64,000 nt of DNA from Epithemia pelagica (taxonomy: Eukaryota; Protista; Bacillariophyta), in assembly GCA_946965045.2 (NCBI GenBank), contig OX337238.1, forward strand, positions 2,852,001 through 2,916,000, given 5' to 3'. The notes beneath the pieces were generated by a model. It saw only the letters and a program-made list of their open reading frames with translations, searched no databases and was not told the DNA's origin. Each line of letters begins with the position of its first letter. Positions within the stretch are counted from its first letter, which is position 1. Below, piece after piece: positions 1 through 11,013 of this stretch. Both the position numbers and the translations under genes were made by a program.

Positions 1-597
1 ATTCGGTTTGCGCAAGTAAGCAATCGTAGTACTTTCTGCGTTCATTGTCACCGTCCGACAAAATCCTTAACACCTTTCTCAACTCATTGTAAAAGGTCCA
101 AGGCTGTTGTGTTTTCGCAAATGCCGGCAACAAGCCAGTGAGCGAACAAACTGGTCTGCAGACAAGTATGGTATTGTTGGTCGCAAAGCAACCTTTCTTC
201 ATATATAGGTGACGAGAAAGCGAACGAACCCGACCAAAGTTGACAGAAAGATGTTATCCACATGCGGTTCGTTTGAGTCAAACTACTAGTGTTCGCGGAG
301 AGAGATTGGATATTCCAGAATGACAACTGGCACCCAAATTGGCCGTTGTGAATGCAACTGGCCCTTGCCGTGATGCAAGTCGTGAACAAACCGAGTTGCC
401 CTGCGCGTGACATAGCATGCCTCCAGTTGTCGCCTTGATGAACTAGGGTTGGTGACCCCACTCTTCAACTCCATGTGACAAAAGATCGTCCTGGCAATTC
501 GCATGGACATGGCCGAGAACCGTTGGTCTTTTTGAATCAAGGGGCCTTTCAGGCATGTCAATACGTGGAACGAGAGGTGAACCACACGCCAGTGCTC
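1..597 (+). repeat. Segment duplicated at 6731..7327
   Basis: No differences seen by eye; ends at an abrupt junction (ccagtgct|ctct) into a different module. Confidence 0.9.
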
Positions 598-1810
598 TCT
601 TTTTTCGTCCTCGTCTCTTTTCGACGCCCTTTTACAGTTCGCATCGCAGTCCTACACCCTACACTGACTTCTGTACTACTTTTATCTCATTGGAAGGCAT
701 CCGAGTCCCGAGTCCGAATTACTATACTCGAACCTCCGATTCCGATCCCGTCTGAGACGCCCGCGACTCGACATAAAAAATGAATCCCCGTCTGTCCGAG
801 TCACGGATGTCACGGGCCAACAAAAAAAAGAGGCATTGTTATTATTTTCTCTGCTTTGGCCTGGTAGTCGCACTAAAGATCCACCATCCTTTTTTGTTGG
901 CAGAATCACCATGACGACCTACGGACAAAACGACGGCCCACACACATTCGCACACGTTTCCAGTGTGTTTGTTGTGTCAAGAATGATGATGATGATCGAG
1001 TGATGGCGGAAATCCTCCAGACACACTCCGATGAACAGCACTCTCCAAACGGCATGACGGATGATTTGCGCAGAGAATGGTTCCTTTTTTGGGAGGATGA
1101 TGCCAGCCACGAAACTCTCATCCTGTCGTAGTCCCTAGTCCCCGGAACCCTCGTTGCTGAATTTCGCGGGTCCTTTTTGGGCCACTATATAATACATGAG
1201 GATGATACCCAGCACGAAACGCCGCCATGAATCTCTTAACCAATTATCCTCGAACCAAACCAAAATAAAACAAAACCATGGAGCCACATTCACAACCACA
1301 ACCACAAGGACGAGGACTACACAATGCTGCTAATACAAAAGGCAGCAAGAGACTAGCATTCTACCATTACCATTGGCACTGTTTCGCAACGACTTGTTGA
1401 GTTGCGACACTGCTCGTGCCACACAGTGAGGAGAGAACGAGCGATGATGAGGCTAATGATTGAACCATGAGCTCACAAAGAAGAGAGAACCAAAGTCGCT
1501 GTCTCAACGTGGAAGCTCCTAGCATTCGCGTTTGCCAGTGTGGGACAACCGTGTGTGATCGATGATTGGATTGGAACCTATGGATTTGGCCCATTTCGTT
1601 GCGCATGGAGGAGGATAGAGCGTTTGGCTGTGATGCTGATGTATTGTACAAACAGCCAGAAGGAATTTGAAAAGTGCCTCAAGACTGTAACGGACAAGTA
1701 CTGCTAACTTACCAATATACAGTGGCAAAGGGGTTCCAGTGAGGCCACGCGTTCTTCGAAATGGTCAGTGTATTCGTGGAATCTCTGGATTTGTGCCGAA
1801 GCAGTTATTT

Positions 1811-1914
1811 TCGTGGATGGTTTTGGACCCGTTCATCTGTCCAAGGTCATCCATCCGATGACTCAAAGAAGGATGGTTTTGGACGTGTTCATCTGTCCAA
1901 GGCCATCCATCCGA
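1811..1914 (+). promoter_or_regulatory. Tandem pair of ~48-bp hairpin motifs upstream of Kelch copy 1
   Basis: GGATGGTTTTGGAC-loop-GTCCAAGG(C/T)CATCC. Also at 5037-5084, 7973-8015, 13967-14070, 19363-19466, 25325-25372, 31327-31426, 34551-34598, 38072-38119, 42683-42782, 46275-46374, 57793-57897 and 63481-63584. A regulatory role is inferred from position only. Confidence 0.5.
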
Positions 1915-2108
1915 GGATATACGACCATGATTCAAATCGCCGCGTAGAGGTGCGTCCGTCGTTGCTGCCGTCTTTGGTTCCTGCTTTGGTGTGAAAGGTC
2001 CAAAATATTCAGTCCATTTTGTTCGGAGTCCATTTTCGTATTTTTTTGAGGAGAAAGACGAAACTCTGAGGTCCATTCCTTGGTGTTGTCATAAAATCTG
2101 CAAGTACC

Positions 2109-3320
2109 ATGACGACTACACAGCAACAGCATGCAAACCAATCGGGGGTTGGCTTTCTCAACATTAATAATAACAGTAACGAGCCACATTGGAATACCAG
2201 TGACTGGCCAACCCTTTTGGGTGGGTGGCGTCGGTGGCATGCATCGGCTGTGCTCGACCATCCCGACCAGGATAACACTGCACAGACGGTTGTAGTTTTG
2301 GGAGGAGACAAACAAGGTCAAGGCTTTACCAACTCAGTTCTGCTGATGAATCTGGCAGAAAAAACTAAGCAATGGCGCGAAGGACCGCCATTAAACCGCA
2401 ACCGAGCCTATCATGCTGCGGTGATTTGTAACGGAGGAGTTTACGTTATCGGAGGACACAATGGAAGTTCACGTTTGGATAGTATCGAACGGATTGATGT
2501 CGAAAATTTGTGTTCCGAATCCATGGAAAGCTCTACCAGCAACCAATGGAAGACTGTGACTTGTCGATTATCTACGAGAAGAAATGAATGTTCGGCTGTT
2601 GTCGTGCACAATCGCTATATTGTCGTGATCGGTGGATCCAACGGAAACTTTTTGTCGTCGGTTGATATAATCGATACAGCTATCGCAAGCAACCACACTG
2701 TGATTGTGGGACCATCCATGTCAGTTCCTTGTTGTGGTTGTGCAAGTGCTGTCATTGGTGATCGCATTTTTGTCGTTGGAGGCTACAATGGGCACAATGC
2801 AGAAGACATCAAATCAGTGGAGTACTTGGAGATTCCTGATCCTTCAGGCAATGAGACAATGACCACAGTAGGTGCAGTGTTTCCATCTTCATGCCGTTGG
2901 ACACGTCATGACCAACTCAATCTTTCCATCCAACGGTGGTTTCATGCAGTTGTAGCTGTTGGATCATGTCTGATTGTTATGGGTGGTCGCTTAGCAGCGG
3001 ACACTGCAGAAGTCTTGGATACTCGCCGAAACACACTTTCGACCTTACCCCAATTAAAAGGGTCACGTTATTCATGCAGTGCTGTGGTTCACTCGAGGGG
3101 AATTGCTGTGATTAGTGGATATGACAATACTTCTTGCGCGACACTCTCCTTGGTTGACAAGAATACGTGGTGTTTTCGTCGACTCACGGAGCAGGCGCCG
3201 AGTACAATCTTTGGGTCAAGAACAGACTCACTGCGATCTTCTCCAGGGCCTACTACATCATGGAAGGAGTCCGGTGAGCGCCGTAAGAAGAAGTTATCAA
3301 CTGGGAAAACTGAGACGTAA
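2109..3320 (+). CDS. Kelch-repeat beta-propeller protein, copy 1 (type A, 403 aa)
   Basis: Six hydrophobic-GG motifs (VVVLGG, VYVIGG, IVVIGG, IFVVGG, LIVMGG, IAVISG), each preceded by R-x-x-H/C and with Kelch-type W/Y spacing. No BTB, F-box or signal peptide visible. The ATG lies in the conserved context tcataaaatctgcaagtaccATG. Confidence 0.93.
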   Translation: MTTTQQQHANQSGVGFLNINNNSNEPHWNTSDWPTLLGGWRRWHASAVLDHPDQDNTAQTVVVLGGDKQGQGFTNSVLLMNLAEKTKQWREGPPLNRNRAYHAAVICNGGVYVIGGHNGSSRLDSIERIDVENLCSESMESSTSNQWKTVTCRLSTRRNECSAVVVHNRYIVVIGGSNGNFLSSVDIIDTAIASNHTVIVGPSMSVPCCGCASAVIGDRIFVVGGYNGHNAEDIKSVEYLEIPDPSGNETMTTVGAVFPSSCRWTRHDQLNLSIQRWFHAVVAVGSCLIVMGGRLAADTAEVLDTRRNTLSTLPQLKGSRYSCSAVVHSRGIAVISGYDNTSCATLSLVDKNTWCFRRLTEQAPSTIFGSRTDSLRSSPGPTTSWKESGERRKKKLSTGKTET

Positions 3321-4440
3321 AAAGTGTTAATTGAGAAATATAAATACTATGATTTAAACTCAGTCATTTACCAACATTCTGGGAGAAATGCACTCCACGT
3401 TGTGTAACACAAACGTGCGAAAGCAAACATAGTTCTAGAGAGCTCACTTCAAGCAATCACTTCGTGATGTTGCTACGATCCTGTGGCACAAGGAACGATC
3501 TGCTTTGTTGGACCCACTGCATTGAAGTGCATTGCAGAAGTCCCCGGAAAAGATTTTGTGCGTCCGGTCGGTTCTTCTCTAGATCTGATGCGTGTCCGCA
3601 GGTTTTGTGGAGGCCACTGTTCGACGCCCCACTTCGCCCGGCGTTGCGCCCGGGACGCGCCGGCGGATTCGCGCCATAATTTTTTAAAATCCACGTTGTC
3701 ATTGACAATGGGAAATGGGAGTGACAAAATGCCGTTCCGCTGTGGATTTGGCCATTGCAGCAATCTGTTTTGGATATCGTGTACGGGACGAGAAACTTGT
3801 TATGCAAGCCAGCAACAAGACGATCTGGAAGTGCTCTTAAATGGCCTCAAAGACTGAAAGGACAAATCAACTAACCAAGGTAGTAATAGGGAGACCACAA
3901 TGGCGACAAGCCATGGGCAAGAAAACTCCAGCAGCAAAACAAGGTCGTAACCACATAAAGGCCCAATTGAACATTCTCCTACGCCAGCACGACACCCTCT
4001 CCCGAATGATCAGGCTGCAGCAGTATAAACTGTTATCGGTCCATCTCCATCTCCTCTCACTTTCATCAGTTGGCATCTGATGATGAATCCTGATCCATAT
4101 CCTTTTCGTCTCTTGTTGGCAGAATCATCACCATCACAATGAACGAGACGGCCCACACATTTCGCACACGTACGTTTCCAGAGTGTTTGTGTCAAGGATG
4201 ATGCTAATGACAATCCAGAATCCAGACACTTTCAAGGACCCACGACCAGGAGGACACTGCTACTGTCAAGCAAATGAGCCACAACCAGCCAGCATCACAC
4301 ATACCGCGGTTCCGGAACGAGGCGTGCTGCTGGAATAAGGGCGAGACCTCTCTTGTGTCATAGGAGTGCGGGTGAGAACAATCGATTGTTAGAATAGGTT
4401 GGATAGATGCACTGCCGAGATTGTATTCACTTCTCCTACC

Positions 4441-4632
4441 AATGCTCCTTGTGCGACACTCTCCTTGGTTGACAAGAATACATGGTGTTTTTGCCAAGTA
4501 TAATCGTTGGGTCAAGAACAGACTCACTGCGATCTACTCCAGGGCGTACTGCAACATGGAAGGAGTCTCATGAGCGCCCTAAGAAGAAGTCATCATCTGG
4601 CATAACTGAGACGAGGAAAATGTCAATTGAGC
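4441..4632 (+). pseudogene. Kelch 3'-end remnant
   Basis: Matches the last ~200 bp of the Kelch genes (tgtgcgacactctccttggttgacaagaatac...agaacagactcactgcgatct...actgagacg) with an internal deletion. Confidence 0.8.
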
Positions 4633-5264
4633 AGTATAAATAGTAGGAGTGAAACGCAGTCATGACAATGAGGGTTCGAACTGCTTTTGCTGTCAAGTGC
4701 ATTTACAAACATGCTGGGAGAAATGTATTTTCCATAATGACTGGAACGTTCCATTTGCCAAACTCACGACAATGCGGCTACAAAGGAACACGAAACCAGC
4801 AGCACAATTGACCAACAGCCCAACGAGCATACCGCTTTTGGGAGAAGGAAAAGGCGTTTGGCTGCGATGCTGGTGTATTGTGCAAAACAGCCAGAAGGAA
4901 TCTGAAGCTTGGCCTGACTGGAACCCTTTTGCCACCGTATCGTTGGAAGTGTTCGTCCGTTGCAGTCTTGAGGCCCTTTCCCCTCGAAATGGGATTGTCG
5001 GCGATCTTTGGTTTTGTGCGGGGGTGGCTTTTTCTTTCGTGGATGGTTTTGGACCCGTTCATCTGTCCAAGGCCATCCATCCGAGAATGCAATGATTGAA
5101 ATCGCCACCGTGGAGGTGCGTCCGTCGTTGCTGCTGTCTTTCGTTCCGGTTTTGGTGTAAAAAAAAAAAGAATATTCAGTCCATCTCGTTCGGAGTCCAT
5201 TTTCGTATTGTTTTGAAGAGAAAGACGAAGGTCTGAGGTCAATTCCTGCGAGTTTGCAAGTACT

Positions 5265-6476
5265 ATGACGATGGAACTGCAACAGCAAGCAAAGCAATCT
5301 GGGCTTGCCTTTTTGGACAGTGACAATGACAGTCTTACGCCTCATTGGAATACCAATGACTGGCCTGCCCTTTTAGGTGGGTGGCGTGAGTATCATGCTT
5401 CAGTCGTGCTCGACCATCCCGAACTGGATGACAGGGCACAGACGGTTGTTGTTTTGGGAGGGAAGAAAAAAAATCAAGGGTTGACCAACTCAGTTCAGCT
5501 GATGAATTTGGCAGAAGAAAATAAGCAATGGCGGGAAGGACCGCCGTTGAACAGCAACCGAGCCTATCATGCTGCGGTGGTTTGTAGTGGAGGAGTTTAC
5601 GTGATAGGAGGAGACAGTGGAAGTTCACGCTTGGATAGTATCGAACGGATTGATGTTCAAAAGTTGTATTCCGAATCCATGGAAAGCTCTACCAGCAACC
5701 AATGGACGACCCTGACTTGTCGATTGTCGACGGCAAGAGATGAATGTTCGGCTGATGCCGTCCAAAATCGCTATATTGTCGTGATTGGTGGATCCAACGG
5801 ATACTGTTTGTCGTCGGTTGATATAATCGATACAGCTGCGCCAAGCAACCACACTGTGATTGTGGGACCATCCATGACAGTTCCTCGTTGTGGTTGTGCA
5901 AGTGCTGTCATTGGTGATCGCATTTTTGTTGTTGGAGGCTGCAATGGGCACTCTGGAGAAGATCTCAAATCAGTGGAGTACTTGGAGATTCATGAACCTC
6001 CAGGCAATGAGACAATGACCACAGCAGGTGCAGTGTTTCCATCCTCATGCCGTTGGACACGTCATGACCAGCTTGAGCTTTGCATGTCACGCTGTCAGCA
6101 TGCAGTTGTAGCTGTAGGATCATGTCTGATTGTAATGGGAGGCTACTTTGGCGTGGACACTGCAGAAGTCTTGGATACTCGCCGAAACACTGTGTCGACC
6201 TTTCCCCAATTATCAGGGCCGCGTTATATCTCCGATGCAGTGGTTCACTCGAGGGGAATTGCTGTGATTAGTGTAGATGATAATGCTTCTTGTGCGACAC
6301 TATCGTTGTTTGACAAGAATACGTGGTATTTTTGTCGACTCAGTGAGCAGCCGCCGAGTACAATCTTTGGGACAAGAACAGACTCACTGCGATCTGCTCT
6401 GGAAGCTACTACAGCATTGAAGGAGTTTGATGAACGCCCTAAGAAGATGTTATCAACTGGCAAAACTGAGACGTAA
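5265..6476 (+). CDS. Kelch-repeat protein, copy 2 (type B, 403 aa)
   Basis: Same six-repeat architecture and colinear with copy 1; intact ORF. Confidence 0.93.
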   Translation: MTMELQQQAKQSGLAFLDSDNDSLTPHWNTNDWPALLGGWREYHASVVLDHPELDDRAQTVVVLGGKKKNQGLTNSVQLMNLAEENKQWREGPPLNSNRAYHAAVVCSGGVYVIGGDSGSSRLDSIERIDVQKLYSESMESSTSNQWTTLTCRLSTARDECSADAVQNRYIVVIGGSNGYCLSSVDIIDTAAPSNHTVIVGPSMTVPRCGCASAVIGDRIFVVGGCNGHSGEDLKSVEYLEIHEPPGNETMTTAGAVFPSSCRWTRHDQLELCMSRCQHAVVAVGSCLIVMGGYFGVDTAEVLDTRRNTVSTFPQLSGPRYISDAVVHSRGIAVISVDDNASCATLSLFDKNTWYFCRLSEQPPSTIFGTRTDSLRSALEATTALKEFDERPKKMLSTGKTET

Positions 6477-8238
6477 AAAGTGTTAATTGAGAAATACAAG
6501 TACTAGTAGTAAAACATAGTGATGCGAATGAGTTCTATAGGGTTGCTGTTTTCTGCACGGTCCTGTCCTCGTGTTGGCGTTAAAAGTGGTAGTGGTGTAT
6601 GGCCTGAAGCTGTCCTTGGCTTTTGTTGCAACGATATCTGTTTTAGAACCCGGCCCCTACATTGCATCGCAAAAATCACCACACCAATGGATACGAAATG
6701 CTCATCCTTTCCATGTTTTGCTGCTGCTCAATTCGGTTTGCGCAAGTAAGCAATCGTAGTACTTTCTGCGTTCATTGTCACCGTCCGACAAAATCCTTAA
6801 CACCTTTCTCAACTCATTGTAAAAGGTCCAAGGCTGTTGTGTTTTCGCAAATGCCGGCAACAAGCCAGTGAGCGAACAAACTGGTCTGCAGACAAGTATG
6901 GTATTGTTGGTCGCAAAGCAACCTTTCTTCATATATAGGTGACGAGAAAGCGAACGAACCCGACCAAAGTTGACAGAAAGATGTTATCCACATGCGGTTC
7001 GTTTGAGTCAAACTACTAGTGTTCGCGGAGAGAGATTGGATATTCCAGAATGACAACTGGCACCCAAATTGGCCGTTGTGAATGCAACTGGCCCTTGCCG
7101 TGATGCAAGTCGTGAACAAACCGAGTTGCCCTGCGCGTGACATAGCATGCCTCCAGTTGTCGCCTTGATGAACTAGGGTTGGTGACCCCACTCTTCAACT
7201 CCATGTGACAAAAGATCGTCCTGGCAATTCGCATGGACATGGCCGAGAACCGTTGGTCTTTTTGAATCAAGGGGCCTTTCAGGCATGTCAATACGTGGAA
7301 CGAGAGGTGAACCACACGCCAGTGCTTGCAGGGGCGGACAGTCGAGAACAACACCAAGGCATCCTTCTCCCGAATTCGAACAACCAGACAGAGTGTCCAA
7401 ACACTTTTATGTGTTGACCTATTGACACGATGCCATCACCAACGCCACGATAAGTTGTCATGGTCGAATCCCAGGGTCGAGAATGTACGCAAGAGACGAG
7501 ACTGTTCGACTATACTTCTCTGTTCGTTTTGGTCTTCTTCCACTTTACCATCACAACGAGAGACCAACGAAATCAACAAACATAAGTGACTGGAATTCAG
7601 TGGTCATTGCGTTGTTGTGTCGCCGCCTTTCGGCATTCCTCTCATGGATGAATCATTTTGTCTCTCTTCAAAGAAAAAGTGGCGTACGCGCCGACCGGCC
7701 CGCTTGCGCAACCTTGCCGACTGCCGACCGAAGATTCCCGTGAAAACTCGAAAGTTGTCTTGGAATCCGTGCGACTGATCATTCGTTCACGCGGGATTCA
7801 AACCGAAGCTTTTCAGTTTTTAGAAAAATCGAGACCAAACGACAGAAAGAAGAAGACTCTTGCTGTCAACTACAAGTCCATGTCATCGAAGCCTTTGATG
7901 CTTTGTTGTGATGGTCTTCCAGGTATTTGCCCTGAGGTATTTGTGCCGGTTGCATCTATATGGCTTTTTCTTTCGTGGATGGTTTTGGACCCGTTGATCT
8001 GTCCAAGGTCATCCAATGAAGAAGGACAATCGCCGCCGTGGAGGCGCGTCCGTCGTCGCTGCCGTCTTTGGTTCCTGCTTTGGTGTGAAAGGTCCAGAAC
8101 AATCGGTCGATCCGTTGATTCCTCGTTTGGAGCAGCGTCGTTCGTCGTTCAATACCGGCGGAAGCCATTATAATATTTTCTCCTTTAGAGAAGAAAGACG
8201 ATCCATTCCTTGGTGTTCCTATAAGATCTACAACAACC

Positions 8239-9360
8239 ATGACGATGACACTGCGACAGCAAGCACAGCAATCTGCGCTTTGCTTTGTGGACAGCAACAA
8301 TAACAGTGTTGCGCCTCATTGGAATAGGAATGATTGGCCTCCCCTTTTAGGTGGATGGCGTTGTTTGCATGCATCGGTTGTGCTTGACCATCCCGAACAG
8401 GATGACAATGCAAAGACGGTTGTAGTAATGGGAGGAAGACAATCTCAAGGCTACACCAACTCAGTTCTGCTGATTAATTTGGCAGATGAAAACAAACAAT
8501 GGCGGGAAGGACCGCCGTTGAACAGCAACCGAGCCAATCATGCCGCGGTGCTTTGTAGCGGAGGAGTTTATGTGATTGGAGGATGGAACGGAAGTTCAAC
8601 CTTTGATACTATTGAACGGATTGATGTTGACAATTTGTGTTCAGAATCAATGGAAAGCTCTACCAGCAACCAATGGACAACCTTGAATTGTCGATCTAGG
8701 GCAAGAAATCAATGCGCGGCTGTTGCAGTGCAAAATCGCTTTATTGTTGTGATTGGTGGTTCTCTCTGCGCAAACGATTTGGCGTCGGTTGATATAATCG
8801 ATACAGCTATCGAAAGCAACCACACTGTGATTTCGGGACCATCCATGACAGTTCCGCGGTCTGGTTGTGCATGTGCTGTCATTGGTAATCGCATTTTTGT
8901 TGTTGGAGGCCTAAGATGTTGGACAGCTCTCGCCTCAGTAGAGTATTTGGAGATTCATGATGCTTCAGGCAATGAGACAATGAACACAGCAAGCGCAGTA
9001 TTTCCATCCTCTTGCCGTTGGACACGTCATGACAAGCTCACTCTGTCCATCCGACGCAGTTTTCATGCAGTTGTAGCTTTTGGATCATGTCTGATTGTTA
9101 TGGGAGGTATGAGAGCTTGGACCACTGCGGAAGTCTTGGATACTTGTCGAAACACTGTGTGGACCCTTCCCCTATCAACATTGTGTCATTGTTCTTTCAG
9201 TGCTGTGGTTCACTCAAGAGGAATTGCACTGATTAGTGGAAGTTTAATTGCTTCTTGTGAGACACTGTCGTTGATTGACAAGAATACGTGGTGTTTTCGT
9301 CGACTCACTGAGCAGATGTCGAGTGCAATGTTTTCAAAACTCACTGTGATCAGCACTTAA
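8239..9360 (+). CDS. Kelch-repeat protein, copy 3 (type C, 373 aa, lacks the basic C-terminal tail)
   Basis: Six Kelch motifs; ends after ...EQMSSAMFSKLTVIST instead of the ...KKKLSTGKTET tail. Confidence 0.92.
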   Translation: MTMTLRQQAQQSALCFVDSNNNSVAPHWNRNDWPPLLGGWRCLHASVVLDHPEQDDNAKTVVVMGGRQSQGYTNSVLLINLADENKQWREGPPLNSNRANHAAVLCSGGVYVIGGWNGSSTFDTIERIDVDNLCSESMESSTSNQWTTLNCRSRARNQCAAVAVQNRFIVVIGGSLCANDLASVDIIDTAIESNHTVISGPSMTVPRSGCACAVIGNRIFVVGGLRCWTALASVEYLEIHDASGNETMNTASAVFPSSCRWTRHDKLTLSIRRSFHAVVAFGSCLIVMGGMRAWTTAEVLDTCRNTVWTLPLSTLCHCSFSAVVHSRGIALISGSLIASCETLSLIDKNTWCFRRLTEQMSSAMFSKLTVIST

Positions 9361-9459
9361 TACAGTAATGAAGGAGTCGAATGAGCGCAGAGCTGTCCAG
9401 TGAGAACCTATAAATTGTGCAAGTAGAACACGTTCATAAAAATAGAAAGTAGAAGTACA

Positions 9460-10292
9460 TTGTGGCAGCAATTCAAACCTGATATGATGCTTTGTCTTGG
9501 TGGCGGGTCTTCAATGGATGCGGCCAAGCATATTCGTGCGATGTACGAACATCCTAAATTGTCGCTGCAGGATGCAGTGGCCCGATTCCTGGAATTGCGA
9601 CAGCGTACATGTCCTTTCCCGGTCCTGGGATCGAACTTCCACTGTTCTCGTACCGTTTGACTCCCAACATCATTGCCATTATTGATTCTAATTTTTGCGA
9701 AAAGTTACCGCCAATCCTGATTGTCTACGCCGGTATCGATACCATTACGCAGGCTACCGAAACACTTGAGTCGGTGGCGGCCAATGATTTTACGCAGGAT
9801 CATAGACTTCGAACACTTCAGCTCTTGACTGATAATTTGGTGGATTCCTTTACTACGGGCAACTCCGACGCTCGCGATGCTGTTCATCACGGTGCTACCT
9901 TGGCTGGTTTGGCCTTTAGTAACAGCTTTTTGGGCATTGCGCACAGCTTGGCACATAAAATGGGAGCTGTGTTTCATCTTCCACATGAATTAGCATGTGG
10001 TATTGTGTTGCCTCACGTGATTCAATTCAACAGTTCGTTGACACCCACCCGCATGGGAGTCTTTCCAGGTTATGATTATCCAAAAGTACTGGAACAGTAT
10101 GCGACCATTGCTCGCCACTTAGGACTACTCCAGCAGGACGGCAAACCGCATACCAATACGGAACTCATGGAAGCGTACATTGCCAAATTATATGACATGT
10201 ATGATGCAATGAGTGTTCCCAAAACCTTTTTGGAAGCTTGATGTTCGGAAGAAGTGTTCTTGGATCAACTTGACGATATTGCACTACAATAA
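9460..10292 (+). pseudogene. adhE: Fe-containing alcohol dehydrogenase fragment resembling the C-terminal domain of AdhE
   Basis: FKPD..LCLGGGSSMDAAK..YEHP, RFLELRQRTCPFP, GATLAGLAFSNSFLGIAHSLAHKMGAVFHLPH, VIQFNS..P..MGVFPGYDYP and EEVFLDQLDDIA match AdhE/Fe-ADH motifs. Frameshifted, lacks the TSGTGSE segment, has an internal TGA and no ALDH domain. Confidence 0.75.
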
Positions 10293-10360
10293 GAACCCTT
10301 TTTTTGACTAAGAACTTGGACTAAAAGTTTAGGATTGCGAAGAATGCATCGTGCTGATAG

Positions 10361-10726
10361 TCACAGGAGGAACAAGCCATGACGACGTTGTAGTCGCTCC
10401 AACTCCTGAGCAAGTTCTTGACGTTGCTCCTGAAGAGCCGAAAGATTCTGAAGCCTGTCTCGGAGGACAATTCGTTGTTCACGGAGTTGCTTCTTGGTTT
10501 TACGCATCGATTCCTTATCCTGCTTGGATCCAATACCAGAGTTGAGAAGAAAGTTAAGGTTATTGATTTCCTCTTGAACCATTTTAAGCTTCTTGGACGT
10601 CTTGTGTAACGCTGTAATTTGATTCTCCAAGACTTCCATCTGTTCTTGAATATCTTGGACGATTCCGAGAGTGACGTCTTCATCAAGGAGAAGAGTAGCG
10701 CTGTTGTTGGAGCGAGTAGAGAGCAT
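10361..10726 (-). CDS. Small predicted coiled-coil protein (121 aa), function unknown
   Basis: ATG-initiated ORF rich in Q/E/L/K with heptad-like spacing; same length and open in the paralog at 54856..55221 (7 substitutions). Confidence 0.6.
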   Translation of the reverse strand: MLSTRSNNSATLLLDEDVTLGIVQDIQEQMEVLENQITALHKTSKKLKMVQEEINNLNFLLNSGIGSKQDKESMRKTKKQLREQRIVLRDRLQNLSALQEQRQELAQELERLQRRHGLFLL

Positions 10727-11013
10727 GTTTATCGGGTTTGTTGGTTGAAGCTGGATGCTGTAGAAAGGTTTGGGTTTCTTGTTTTGTGACTACAGATTCA
10801 AACCGGAATGAAGAAAGGCGAATCGTGGTTCCGAATGCGAATCACGACTGGAACTGGTGGTGGGGAAGTGGGGCTCTGTTTGTAACTGGTCAGCGTAGAT
10901 TTCGTCTGTCCGGTAGCCGTCCGACTTCCGCGACCACCAGATCGCGGGCCCCGTCCGTAGGACGTTGCCTCTAAGGATAAGATCAGTCACCTAGCTAGAG
11001 TATAGTTCCTAGC

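Larger units (their letters stand above)
3321..6720 (+). repeat. Segmental duplication, approximately equal to 32833..36240
   Basis: Same spacer ORFs, Kelch remnant and type-B gene with scattered SNPs and indels. Confidence 0.9.

Noticed and set aside
1811-1914. CRISPR-like array of palindromic repeats
   Set aside because: Only 1-2 units per site, no unique spacer series, no cas genes, and a eukaryotic context.
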